Source: Callorhinchus milii (taxonomy: Eukaryota). From it: a stretch of 64,000 nucleotides of DNA. The notes beneath the pieces are model-generated. The model did no database searches. It saw nothing but the letters and a program-made list of their open reading frames with translations, and had not been told where the DNA came from. Position 1 is the stretch's first letter; each line of letters opens with the position of its first letter. The stretch lies in assembly GCF_018977255.1 (NCBI RefSeq), contig NW_024704743.1, positions 40,488,001 through 40,552,000 of the forward strand. Direction: 5' to 3'. Shown here piece after piece: positions 51,340 through 63,765 of the stretch. Made by a program: the position numbers and the translations under genes.

Positions 51340-51890
51340 TTGACCTGAAGTTCCTACATTAAAATTTGAAGGTGCACTTTACGAGACAAAACTATGAAGT
51401 TATAAAAATTACTCTTGGGAGGATTAAGTGGAAAGTAGACCCTGAGCAAGAAAATATCATTATTTTTGAAACCATTTTAAGGGCTATTCAGGTAACTGAA
51501 TAAATAAGTAAATATAACCTAAACAGAAAAAAAATGCGAGCAACAAGATGGCATCTTGATAAAAGGGGGTCGTACAAATATCATTTGAGATCAACTGAAG
51601 GAAGAAAGTAAAAGGGTATCAAAAAGCAGATTGTGTCAAGTAGGAAATGATGTAGCCATGTTTGCCAAAAACAATATTGTTAAAAACCTGATAGGTGTTT
51701 AAATCAACAACTTTACTCAATAACTGGAGCAGATTGCCAAGACAATGGTGGTTTAGGCGAGGACACTGGATTCATTTAAAAAGCAGCTTGATGCTAGGAT
51801 GAAGGGGCCATAGCGTGGATGTTCTAGAGGGATGAAATCAGATGAACCAAAGGTCTTTCTTCATCCAAATGAATCTTGTGAGCTTGTGAA
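51340..51890 (+). mobile_element. Very old CR1 fragments with 3' tail
   Basis: GGATTCATTTAAAAAGCAGCTTGATG...GAATCTTGTGAGCTTGTG. Confidence 0.6.
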
Positions 51891-52029
51891 CTTAGAATTA
51901 AGCAGAATAAAAGTCTTGTTAATGATTTCTGGAAGTTCGTAAAAGGTTGCTTTGTATCCACAGAATGGAGAATGGGACATATCCCAATATTCAAAAAAAG
52001 GAACTGAACATGAAGCTAGAAACCAAGGG

Positions 52030-52360
52030 TGAGTTAGCTGATTTTGGCCAGGCCACAACTGGCCCATTGCAATTTGACTCAATTTGACTTGGGTTAGAAA
52101 CATAAAATGAGCCAGGGTTCCAGCTTTTGATCATAATTAGATGTTAGAGACCTTTACTGCAATATGTGTGTATGTGCATATATCGGATGAGACAAGATCG
52201 AGGTTAAATGGACTGCTCCCCACAGTCAAATAGCCTGCCAATACTCACTGCCAAGGTTCACGCATGAATACAACTTACTTGGAAAAGATACCACAGGGTA
52301 AATATGCCATTGGAACTGTGGAATGAATAAAAAATCACCCACAGGAGAGGGGTGAATAAC
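52030..52360 (+). repeat. Unclassified old repeat (family B, SINE-like)
   Basis: GAGTTAGCTG...GAGCCAGGGTTCCAGC...ATCGGATGAGACAAGATCG...AATAGCCTGCCAA; reverse-oriented relatives at ~47640-47860 and ~56130-56520. Confidence 0.5.
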
Positions 52361-52594
52361 ACAAAATTGGAGGAGATATTTAGGAGAAGGGAATCTTTAA
52401 AAAAAATCCCTGAAATGAATATACCAATTAGCCAGTAGGACTGGAACCTGGATTAATACAAAGAAGTAGATTGGATTCTTAAATATTAAAAAAAGTTTTG
52501 TTTGACAAGCAGTGACTGACAGAATTCCTCAGACATCTCTTCTGGGTGTTTGGTTCTGCTGTTTGTATTTCTCATAAATCATTTGAAAGAAATA

Positions 52595-52950
52595 ATAACA
52601 ATGTAATAATATGTGCATTTGATATAGCGCCTTATCACGTCTTCCAGACATCTCAAAGCGCTTCACAGAATATACTGTAAATTGAACTGGCTGTATATTT
52701 TGTGGGTGAAACACAGCAGTCAATTGTGCACAGCAGTGTCCCACAAACAATCATGGACTGAGTAACCCAAATTATTATTATTATTATTTTTGGATGGTTT
52801 ATTACCACCGGAAAAGTGATCCACCAATCGACTAAAAACTGGGTTCCTACTGACTGCCAGGTAAACAGAGGCATCTGGAATGAGAAAACTTGCCCAACAT
52901 TTTATCCTGCCCAGGATTCAAACCCAGATCCTCTCGCTTGCGAGCCAAGT
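52595..52950 (-). mobile_element. tRNA-derived SINE, long subfamily
   Basis: GCATTTGATATAGCGCCTTATCACGTC tail; CCAATCGACTAA...AGGTAAACAGAGGC block; CTCTCGCTTGCGAG head. Confidence 0.88.
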
Positions 52951-53939
52951 TATTATAGTAAGACATGGGCCTCAGGTTTCTGTACCATTAAATGTGGTGA
53001 AGATAGCAAGTTACAAAGCCAATAATAATAATATAAATCATAACATTGAGAAGATCTGGATGCATTAGGCATATCACATGGATATTATAGTATAACCTAT
53101 TACCAGCTTGACTACAATCTATGTCTGAGCTCTCATGTGTTGTATAACATTTGGTTAGCATAAGCAGACCCATTATGTGACTCAAAGTCCCTCTGAAGAA
53201 AGCCCGGGGTGAACATCGCAACTTGTGATGTATTAATTATCACCGGGCTGATTTATAGTATTCACAAAAAAGCCAAGGTGCGAAGCAAACTGCTGTGGGG
53301 AGATAACGTTCTGTTCTACATTTTACTTTTTGCCCTTTGGGAGCTTTCGCAAATGGTTGGTCAACCCCAAGCTAAACCCTCGGATGAACCAAAGTAGTGC
53401 TTCCCACTCTTTTTGCAAATATCAATAATTGACCTCCAGTGCGGCTTTAAAGAAATAACATAACTCTTATAGTGCCTATCGGAAAAGAACTAGTCAGAAT
53501 AGTTGATAGATTGTTCTGTATCGATTAATAATAGAGTACTTTTTCAGTCCTGAAATTGCAGAGAATCTTTATCCCCTGAGCTAGATAAGTTTTATCTCAA
53601 TATGAACCTAAACACAATGCATTACAATGCCAGAAGACTGTTGATTCCTAACTTGTACCCTGGCAGAAGTTGCTACCTTCAGAACAGGAAAGGAGAAAGG
53701 CATAAAATGATAAAAGGGGAAGATGTTTTACTTCAATATTTTTTCTTGAAAAGGAAAGAGAGACAGATTTTTTTGGATCTATTCGTCTCCAGGGCAAAGA
53801 ACATACACAGCTTTGTAGAGCAGCACATTCTGGGGGTTGGACATTGCTGTTGGACAATAGTAAAATAATGAAAAAAAACATTGGGACTCCTGGATACAAC
53901 CTCCAATTACCTTATTTTTGGAAAGAGTGATCCAGTTAC

Positions 53940-54822
53940 CACCTCTCCTCTCAGCTCAATCATCACGTTCCTGTCCTTGACTGGTTCAAATCTAATCATT
54001 TGCATGGTCTCCACTTTGTCTTCACAAATGGCTTCTCCTCCAGCCCCCAGACCATCTCATGCCGCATTCCTCAGTTCTCTGAACTTAGTCCTCTCCTCTT
54101 CAATATCTACACGCTCCCTCTTGGTGACAATGACAGGCATGGGATCAACTTCCACATGTATGCGGATGACTCCCAACTCTATATGTTTGCAACCCTGGAC
54201 TCCAGGACCACTGTTGTCCTGACAGATTGTCTGTCAGACATCAAGTCCTGGATGAGAGCTAACTTTCCTCAGTTGAATGTCAATAAGATTGAGGCCATCT
54301 TAATTGGCTCTGTTCAGCACCTCCGATCAGGCGCTGACAGCAACACCATCCATGGATGCACTCTACAACTCACTGAGCCAGTCCGGAACCTTGTCATCTT
54401 GTTTGACGCTCAACTGTCCTTTCTCCTCCACATTCGTGCCATGACCTGCTCTACCTCAGCTCCCGGCTCTAACACTGCCTCCCCACTCAGGCTGCTGAGT
54501 CCCTCATCCATGTGCACTCATCACATCTAGATTCGACTACGAAAACTCCCTGCTTGACGGCCTTCCCGACTCTCATCTCCACAAGCTACAGATCATCCAG
54601 AACTCCGCAGATCATTTCCTCTCCCACATCAGGCTCCTTGACCCTATCACCCCCATCTTTGCCCGGCTCCACTGACTTCCCATTGTCTCCTCTATGACTG
54701 CACCACCGGTCACCCTCCTAGCCTCCCTGCCCTTCATCTCTCCTGATCTGAATCCCCAGCTGGGGTCCAAATCCCTAACTGTCCAGTGCCTTGAGACATT
54801 GTTACGACTTGAAAGGCACTAT
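53940..54822 (+). mobile_element. L2 LINE fragment with internal deletions
   Basis: PLLFNIYTLPLG...HGINFHMYADDSQLY...[27 protein letters not shown]. Confidence 0.92.
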
Positions 54823-55621
54823 AGTCCATTAGTGACAGTGACCTGATAGAAAGGCAGCAGCATGGATGCATTATAAAACTAGCAAATACCTCAATTCATA
54901 TCATACCTGATTTTCCCTTTGAAGATAAACCATTGAGAATCTGCTGATCACAATGTATATAACTTGAGCTTAGCTTTGTTGAGTCGTATTTTGTTTCACA
55001 AAACTCCTGACCTTTATAGTTCAACAATGTAAGATTTTGTGGTGGCATAAATTTTGAGATTACACGGTTCAATAAGTGATGAGATGTATTATTAATGTAC
55101 ATAATCTCTGCGTGGTTAAAAGAGACTTCACTGGATTCACAAACAAAGATGTCAATATGTCAATATGATACTTTGCTTCAGGAACAAATGGTTAAATACA
55201 ATTATTTGACTGAACTGGATTGTTGCAAGATTGAAAGCTTTAAAAATAATTGAATCGATGATGGCCTTGCCTACATTCTTTAGGTTTTGTAAAAACAGAA
55301 CTTGAAGATTTCTAATTGATGTGACTAATGTGTTTTGTAATTAATTCAGTAAATTACACATTAAATAACACATATGATTTAAGGCAAATTAACATAATTT
55401 AGCAATACTATCCTGATGACTTTGACATCTAGCAGTGAACTTTCATTCAGCAAAACCAAATTATTCTCCTTTTTCTGCCTATGTTTCAAACTGCTACTAT
55501 ATGCCTTTTTTGGTTAGCTGAGTGTCTGACTCAAGCAGAAACCCTCCACCATGCCTAAGTATCCAAATCAGACTGAGAGTAGCATACCATCACCACCTGG
55601 AAATTCCTGGGTCTGGAATGG

Positions 55622-55977
55622 AATAATAATAATAGTAATCCTTGCATTTGATATAGCAGCTTATTATGTCTTCTAGACGTCTCAAAGCATTTCACAGAAT
55701 GTACTGTAAAATAAATTGACTGTATATTTTGTGGGTGAAATGCGGCAGCCAACTGTGCACAGCAATGTCCCACAAACCATCGTGGAATCAATGACTATAA
55801 AGTTATTTTTTTTGAAGGATTTATTACCCCCGGAAAAATGATCTGCCAATCGACTAATTACTGCTAGCAAACAGTGGTGTTTGGAGTAGGGAAACTTGCC
55901 TAATGTTTCACCCTGCCTGGGATTCAAACACAGGTCCACTAGCTTGTAAGGCAAGTGCTCTAACCATACAGGACTCC
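55622..55977 (-). mobile_element. tRNA-derived SINE, long subfamily
   Basis: AATCCTTGCATTTGATATAGC tail to ACAGGACTCC head. Confidence 0.88.
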
Positions 55978-57107
55978 ATGCATCTAAGCTAGATGACCTC
56001 GATCCAGAAATCCTATATATTATGCAACATTTAGGTTTTTGCCCTACAGTTTGTGGACATTAAAAGATTCAATATTCGCTCAGTTAGTTTTCAATTTTTT
56101 TTACAACTTTTCTTCCTCCCTTGCTCAGTGTATTGACTTATAGTCTGGTACAGTTGCACAAGAAACAATTTATCAACTAAAATGGCCATTCAACCTGTGC
56201 AAACCTTAATAATAAATGTTCAAGCTCAATTCCGTCCTCACCCGACATCCACACAAGCACATTTTCCAACAGAAGTTAATTGAGACTTCGAGATATTTTC
56301 TTCTGGGGCAAAATATAAATGCAAGTTGGGTTGATAAGAAGCATCACCTGTTGCTTATATTTTCCTCATTCCTAGCTCAGGGATACTAAGGAAAAATACA
56401 AGATACCTCCTCCCATTCCTCCACTCCCTCCCCCTGCCCAAAAGCTAACTTGGCACAGACTGGTAGAATGGAACCTGGGAATTTCCTATCTGCGATGCTC
56501 AGTGACAAAGTGGGCAGGTGTAGTTACTAATTAAGGCATTGAGGATGTGAGCCAGGTAAATTTTTAATGACCAGAGCTTTCCTGTTCTGCTGGTGTGGAG
56601 TGAGTCAGTGATCCTCTTCACTGAGAGACTACAGAACATTTCATATTTAGATCTTAAAAACATCGGACTGTGTACATCTTGGGATTTTTTTAAACCAATG
56701 TTAAAATGACTTGAGCAAGGTGTTTGACCAAGAGTTTAAATTGAACAGCTGATTCAACTCGGAGACAATATTTGTAAATCCTGCTGAGGCATTTTTGGCA
56801 GATTTTCTCAAGTTAGGACAAAAGTGATGCACATGATTTGTAAATCTTGTAAAGCTTGTCCCTATTTAAAGGCAGCTGTTTATTTAAATATCAGAGTACC
56901 GGTTGGGAACCTGACCTTGGGGCCTCACCAATGTGATTTAAATATCCGTTTGACTTAGTGCTGTGAGCAGTCAGTCAGACTGGACACAAAGCTGTATGCA
57001 TTATTTGGTTGAGACTCTTTTAATATATGTTTCTGAAAATCTGGTATTCATCACAGGAATTTAGAGTAATTTCCAAATCCCTTTGCCTCACTCCTTTTCT
57101 TCCCATT

Positions 57108-57548
57108 AGTCCTGTAGCTCAATGGTTAGAGCATTCGCTTTGCAAGCAAGAGACCTTGGTTTGATTCCTGGCGGGGAGAAACATTGGGGAACAACAACAA
57201 CAAAATTACATTTATGGAGTGCCTTTCATGTTGGGAGGACGTCCCAAAGCACTGAAGCGGGCAAGTTTCCTTACTCCCCACACCTCTGTTTACCTAGCAG
57301 CAAGTAGGAGCCCGGCTATTGCTCAATTGGCAGATCGCTTTTCCAGGGATAATAAGTCCTTGAAAAAAATTAGCGATAATAAATTGGTTACTTCAATCCA
57401 TGACTGTTTGTGAGACACCACTGTACGCAATTGGCTGCCGCAACTCGCTCACAAAATATTCAGTCAATTCACTTGACAGTAGAAGCGCTTGGAGATGTCT
57501 CAGAGATGGAAAAAGCACTTTATCAAATGCAAGGATTATTATTATTAT
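57108..57548 (+). mobile_element. tRNA-Ala-derived SINE, long subfamily, with an inserted antisense L2 tail
   Basis: AGTCCTGTAGCTCAATGGTTAGAGCATTCGCTTTGCAAGC head; foreign segment ~57190-57258; tail TATCAAATGCAAGGATTATT. Confidence 0.88.
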
Positions 57549-59084
57549 CAAAATCCCTTTGAAAATCCTCCTCTCCTCCATCCATTTATCTCCTCTCCAT
57601 TGTTTTCCCAACTGAGGCTCCCACTTTCTTTTTGTAAAGTGTGTTTGACACATTCTTCTATGTTAAAGGTACTATATAAGTGCAATTTGTTGTAGTTGAA
57701 TCCTGGCAAAAACTGGATGTATGTCACACAAACCCATGGGAACCCACTCACATGAGATCTCATTCCAGACATGTTTAGAGCTGAGTTCAAGCAAAGCAAA
57801 ATAATACACTTCTGATTATTGGCAATATACAATCTTTCCATATTTATTGCAAACACAGTTGTGATCATCATGTTATTAACCTCTCTGTCAAACACCTCAT
57901 ATCTATTCAAGCCCAAATTCCAAATCGACATAATTATTCATTCCACTTGAGTTAATAAATTTTCTTTCTTCTTAATGATCTCCTGGCTGTTTTCATTGTT
58001 CTCTATTGAGAAGGGCCAACAGATTCACAGAGGCAGCGTTAAGTATGCAAGGCAGTGTTGAACGTGAAGAATGTAGCATTGTTGGTATGTGACAGGTGGT
58101 CATTAGTGTGTGAGGAGAGAATGAAGTGGATCAAGTATTATTTTGCGAAAGAATGAAGTAGTCATATGACTGACCTGTTCCTGGATGATAGAGTCAATTC
58201 AATTACTGTTTTTGATTTTTGGAAACTTTGTCTGATTCATATTGCTTACTGTCTTGAAGGATACTGTTCCAATACTAATGCAACCAATTTGTGCCAAATT
58301 GACACCAGTGCGTTGTGACCAGTCATATTGTGTTGTTACAGCACATTTTTTTTTAAACACTCATCATATAATTGGGTGTAAAGAAGAACTGAGATATACT
58401 GAGATATGATTCCTATAATAATATTAATATTCCTTGCGTTTAAAGCTGCTTTCATTTTGGGAGGACAGGTCAAAGGGCCTCACAGAATTTACAGTGAAGT
58501 GGAGTGGCTGTGTACATGTAGGCAGCAGATCTGTTGCTAATTTGTTACAATCAAATCGAATTCTAGATACTGACAACCAGGTTTAGTTGGTGCTAATTGT
58601 AACTGTAGGATTTCTGTTCCACAAATCCAAGAAGCCAAAGTCTGAAAAAAAGACCAGCAAGCCAAACAACCAACTGTTTAATTTATGATAGTGGCATTTG
58701 TTGTGTTAACTGTGTTAGCTGCCAACACTGTATCTTCACTGCTAGGTATTCACCACATCACTATAAAGGCTCTGAAATGTTATCCAATGCAAAAGATGCT
58801 ATACAAATGCAAGTTGTTGTTGTTGTAATTGCAATTTCCGTTGTTAAAAAACCTGGGGCGAAAATGAAAGTTTGACATTTCAAGAGTAGGGATAACTAAA
58901 CGAATCACAACAGCCATATTTTTTAGCAGTAATATCACTAGGCTTCAAATACAAATTATATCGGTCGCTCGGATGTGTGGTGTTGTTTGACCTTTGGGAA
59001 TGCAGCATCAAGCATCATCACAGTCAATGTAACACAGCTTAGTTCCAGCTAATTTGCAATAACAAAATTCCCATAAAATCTATA

Positions 59085-59482
59085 ATTGTTGCATTTGATA
59101 TAATTTGTTTCCTGACAGGAGGAGTCTCAAAGTGCTTCACAGGATTTACTGTAACGTGTTACCTGTATTTGGTTGGCGAACGTGGCAGCCAATATGCACA
59201 GCAATATCCCACAGAGTTATGAGGTGATTTGTCAATTTTATTTGGCGAATTGTTGGCCAGGAAACTTGAAGAAACTGCCTTCTCTATTGAAAATATTAGC
59301 GTGGAATCTTTAACATCGAACTGAACAGGCATCAGGACCTCAGTTTAATGTCTCATCTAAAAGGTGGCACCTGTGACAATGCAACACTTCCTCCAGTATT
59401 AGACTGCAAGTTCAAAGTCTCAACGATGGTCTTGAATCCACTATTTCTTACTCAAAGTGAGCTACTAAATAAGTCAGACTGA
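59085..59482 (-). mobile_element. Old Deu-type SINE, near full length
   Basis: TTGCATTTGATAT tail, GTGGCAGCCAATATGCACAGCAATATCCCACA core, CTCAGTTTAATGTCTCATCTAAAAG block. Confidence 0.75.
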
Positions 59483-59698
59483 TAGTAGTCCTTGCATTTT
59501 GATATAGCGCCTTATCACATCTTTGAGACGTCTCAAAGCACTTCACAGAATATATTGTAAAGTGAATTGACCTTATAATTTGTGTGCGAAACGTGGCCGC
59601 CAATTGCACACAACAGTGTCTCACAAACAGTCGTTGATTGAAGTGACCAATTTTTTTTTGAAGGAATTATTACCCCCGGAAAAGCAATCTGCCAATCA
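59483..59698 (-). mobile_element. tRNA-derived SINE, long subfamily, 3' half (cut by adjacent L2)
   Basis: Tail through ATTACCCCCGGAAAAGCAATCTGCCAATC. Confidence 0.85.
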
Positions 59699-60860
59699 AC
59701 AGCAACAACAAAATGACATTTGTAAAGTGCTTTTCACGTTGGGAGGATGTCCCAAGGCACTGGACAGACAGAGTTACGGACCTGAGCTGGGGGTAGGGGT
59801 GGAGGAGGGTGGAGGCCATGGAGGGAAACCGGGAGATCAAAAGCATAGTCGAAGAGGAGGGTCTTGAGATGGGTCTTAAAGGTGTCAAGGGAGGGACGAG
59901 ATGGAGGGACTATGGGATGGAGTTCCAGAGGGTCGAGCAAGGCAGGGGACGTGAAGGAAGCCGGAGCTCGCTGAGCAGACGGAGTGAACAGGATGGTAGG
60001 GGGTCAGGAAGTCACAGAGGTAGGGGGTAGCAAGACCGTGGAGGGCTTTGAAGGTGAGGACCAGGATCTTGAACTTTATCTTCTATGTGATGGGAAGCCA
60101 GTGGAGTTGGGCAAGGATGAGGATGATAGGTTCACGGAGCCTGGTGTGCGAGAGGGCAAGGGCTGCAAAATTCTGGATGATCTGCAGCCTGTGGAGGGAG
60201 GAGTTGGGGAGACCAAAAAGCAATGAGTTTTCATAGTCGGGCCTCGATGTAATGAAAGCATATATGAGAGTTTTAGCGGCCTGCGGTGTTAGTCAGTGTC
60301 GGAGCCAGGCGATGTTGCGGAGGTGGGGGAAGGCAGAGCACGTCATGGCGCAGATGTGGGATAGAAAGGATAGTTGAGGGTCAAACAAGACCCCAAGGTT
60401 CCGGACTGGCTTAGCAAGGTGGAGTGTGTAACCATGGATGGTGATGCTGTCAGGGCCTGAGGTGAGGAGGCTCTGATGAGAGCCAATCAGGAGAGCCTCG
60501 GTCTTGTTGATGTTCAACTGAAGAAAGTTAGCTCAGGACAGCAGTGGTCCTGGAGTCAAGGGTGAAGGCAGAGAGGTAGAGTTGGGTGTCATCCGGATAC
60601 ATGTGGAAGTTGACCCCATGTCTGCGGATGATGTCATAAGAGGAAGCATATAGATATTGAAGGGGAGGGGACCAAGGACAGAGCCCTGAGGAATGCCACA
60701 CAAGATGGTCCGGAGACTAGAGGAGAAGCCGTTTGCGGAGATGAGATGCAGGCGGTTTGAGAGGTACGATCTGAACCAGTCAAGGACAACGCCGTGGAGG
60801 TTGAGGTGGATGAGGATAGAGTGGTCGACGGTGTTGAAAGCAGCAGAGAGATCACATAGT
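59699..60860 (-). mobile_element. L2 LINE fragment (RT to tail) with deletions
   Basis: DLSAAFNTVDHSIL, WFRSYL, GIPQGSVLGPLPFNIYM, NINKTEALLIG, RNLGVLFDPQLSF; (AAC)n tail. Confidence 0.93.
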
Positions 60861-62029
60861 ATGAAACAATCAGTTTGATCAAAAGTAATACACCTAGCTG
60901 AAGTTCGTGGCTTAGACATAACCAACCAATCTTCCCTTTGCTGAATCAAACCAGAATAAACTCCTGATAACTCATCACTACAAGGGACAATGGCTCAGTA
61001 ATGAGTTATCCAGACCGGTAAGTTAGGCATATGTATAAATACATAAACAATTGTGGCCAGAATATTGACGGCATGATGACTTAAATGGTAGTGTGTGATA
61101 AGTTAAGCCAGGGTTGAGTTATTAGGCATTAACTGTACATTGTATATCAGCTTAACTGGTAATCAAACCTACTTTATTTTTGATATATAGTCTCTTATGT
61201 TACTTTATTATTCGGTTTTACACCAATATACATGGTTGAATGGTTTCCTCATTAAATTATCAGTTTCCTTATTGAATGAACTTAAATTTCCCAATTTGAT
61301 TTGATTTTGATTCAGTTACAAGTTAATTAAGAAAGAACAAATTAGCATTTTTTGTAATGCCTTATCACACTGAAACATCTCAAAGTGTATTGCAAGTCAT
61401 AACTGTAATGACTATTTTCGTGGGCACATGACTGCTATTGTAACATTTACTTTAACATGGAACAAAAAATTCCTGAGGCAGACTGATAATCACAATCATT
61501 TCTGTTGCTGTTGAATGTTGAATGGATTACATAGCCACTGTGCCACAAGCGGCAGTGTGTTATTGTGTACAAGTACTGTTTAATGCCAAGAACATTCAAC
61601 ATCAACAAAGGTTGGAAAAGTTCTCTTGTGAATGCTCTGAGTTCAAGATATTGACGATTTTTCTTACTCTATCTTGTCTTAAAACTGTTTTATGAAATAA
61701 AATAGTCTTACTTAACCAGCTCAACTCAGTTAACAGTGATTTCTATTAAGTATAGTGACATTTTTTTGTAGGGAAAGTGTCATGCTGTAAGGTTCGAGAA
61801 ACACTCGTATGAATGACCAAGTTAGCTGTATACTCAATATTATTGTTTTATAAGAGCTCTGAAATGTCACCCCGCTTGAAGGGCGGTATATAAATGCAAA
61901 TTACTGTTCATTTAAAATAAAAAAATTAACTTTGGCTTTTTTGGCTTGCAATACATTATTGTTCTTTCAAGATTTTATATATCTTTTGTGGGTTACAATA
62001 ATTAACCTAGAGCTTGCTTTGATCTGGAA

Positions 62030-62253
62030 CTTTGGAATACTCTCCCTCAATTCCTCTGCCATGCCGCCTCACTCCTCTTTTTCAAGTCCCGTCTGAAAAC
62101 CTTCTTCTTCGACTGTGCTTAGGTCAAACTCTCCACAGCCCCTCCCACCCCCCACACACACACTCCGCCAGCTTGGAGTCAAGCTCCACCACTGTTAAGC
62201 GTTCTGAGATGCATCCCTGCATGAAGGGCGCTATAGAAGTGCACGTTGTTGTT
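62030..62253 (+). mobile_element. L2 LINE 3' end
   Basis: TTTGGAATACTCTCCC...CTGAAAACCTTCTTCTTCGAC...GAAGGGCGCTATAGAAGTGCACGTTGTTGTT. Confidence 0.85.
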
Positions 62254-63289
62254 GGTGATCTCCAGTTAGCTTTTCATCTGAGGATTTTTAACATTTATTT
62301 CAAATATTTGTTAGTAAATAATTGCTTGGTTTAAAATGACTGAATTGTGTGTTTAATATTTGCAGTTAGATTCCTTCCCTCATCCACTCTCCAAAACTCA
62401 GTAAAATATCAGAGTCAAAATCTAAAGTCTCTCCAACCCACACTCAAACATTAGTCTTTGCCAGTGTGAAAGGAAAACCAGGAAGGGGAAAACTTTCTAA
62501 AATACCATGAATATAAATGTCTCTGACACACAGCTTTTAAAAACCGAAGAAACACCTTCAAATGGCAGACAAATTAGATGCTTCAGACAGACATTGCTCA
62601 TGAACTGCCAAGGAAACCTTTCTCTCTCTTCTCTCCCTTGCTATTTCTTCCCCCTCATTCCCCCCCAGGCAGTCAAGAAAATAGATGCCTCTGACCCACT
62701 TAAATTGCCAAAGAAATAGAGACATCAGATATCTTATGAACTCTCATTGATAAATGAGGCACACAAAACATCACAGTTAATACTAAAAGAACAATATTCT
62801 GAGGGATTCTTTGAGAGAGGTGTATTTGATTGAAAATACTTTCCCTCCCATAAGTAGTACAAAAGTAATTGCTTATAATTTTTTCTGACTGAGAGTGAGT
62901 GACAATTCCAGAGTCAAAAAAAATAGCTTGTTTTATGTTCTTTCTAATGAATCTCCCAGACAGGAAAGAACTACCTCCTGGCTTGGCAAAGTACCCATCA
63001 TTGGGTTGCTTTTATTATACAGAGTTGAAATTAAACCTTTCCTGCCCCTACTGCAAAACTCAAATATTCAGGGAGGCATCAAAACACTGAACAACTCAAC
63101 CCTTTTTGTGTGTAATTTTCAGATTGATTATTATCAAATATATAATTGTGACCTTGGGTCTAATCAGTGTGGTGTTATACAATAAAAAAACTTACATTTA
63201 CATAGCATATTTTGGAGGATGTCCCAAGATGCTTAACAATACTGACTTTGGCATCCGAGCTGGGAGTGGGAGCTGAGAGAGGTGGGGAA

Positions 63290-63765
63290 GGTGTCTAACT
63301 CATGCATCAACCCATCGCTAAGCTTAGGAGTATCATCAAACTAGACTGAGAATTCCACATAAATGCCATCTATACATAGAAATATCCTTGTATCTGGAAT
63401 GAAATGTGCACTCTCTCCCTAAAGGGACATATCCATTTTATCTCATTCCCCAGAATATTAAACACAGTTTGGCAAGAGCCAAGGCTTGGAGCCCCAGATT
63501 ACATGTTGAGTTACAGCTGGATAACTTGCCATTGAGAACGTTGGGTGGTCTCTCATCAGCAGAACCTTGGATATTGCTTTGCTTGGATATCCCAGCACCT
63601 TGGGACATCCACCCAACATGAAAGGCGCTATACTAATGTAATTTTGTATTGTATTTGTAGCTACCTGGTTTAGGAACTGGATTACCAAGACTGTCTCAGA
63701 GAATTGACTCGATTCCAACATTCCATTTCTAAGCATGTCATTTTAGCTCCAAGGAGATATCACTT
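63290..63765 (-). repeat. Family A unclassified repeat, with a short L2 tail inserted at ~63595-63657
   Basis: AACCCATCGCTAAGCTTAGGAGTATC...GGAATGAAATGTGCACTCTC...TTGGCAAGAGCCAAG...AGCTCCAAGGAGA. Confidence 0.75.

Noticed and set aside
58270..58320. LF-SINE-like motif (reverse AATTTGGCACAAATTGG)
   Set aside because: Match too short, with no supporting flanks.
61591..61612. miR-181-like start AACATTCAAC
   Set aside because: Diverges from miR-181 after 10 nt and hairpin geometry is not pre-miRNA-like.
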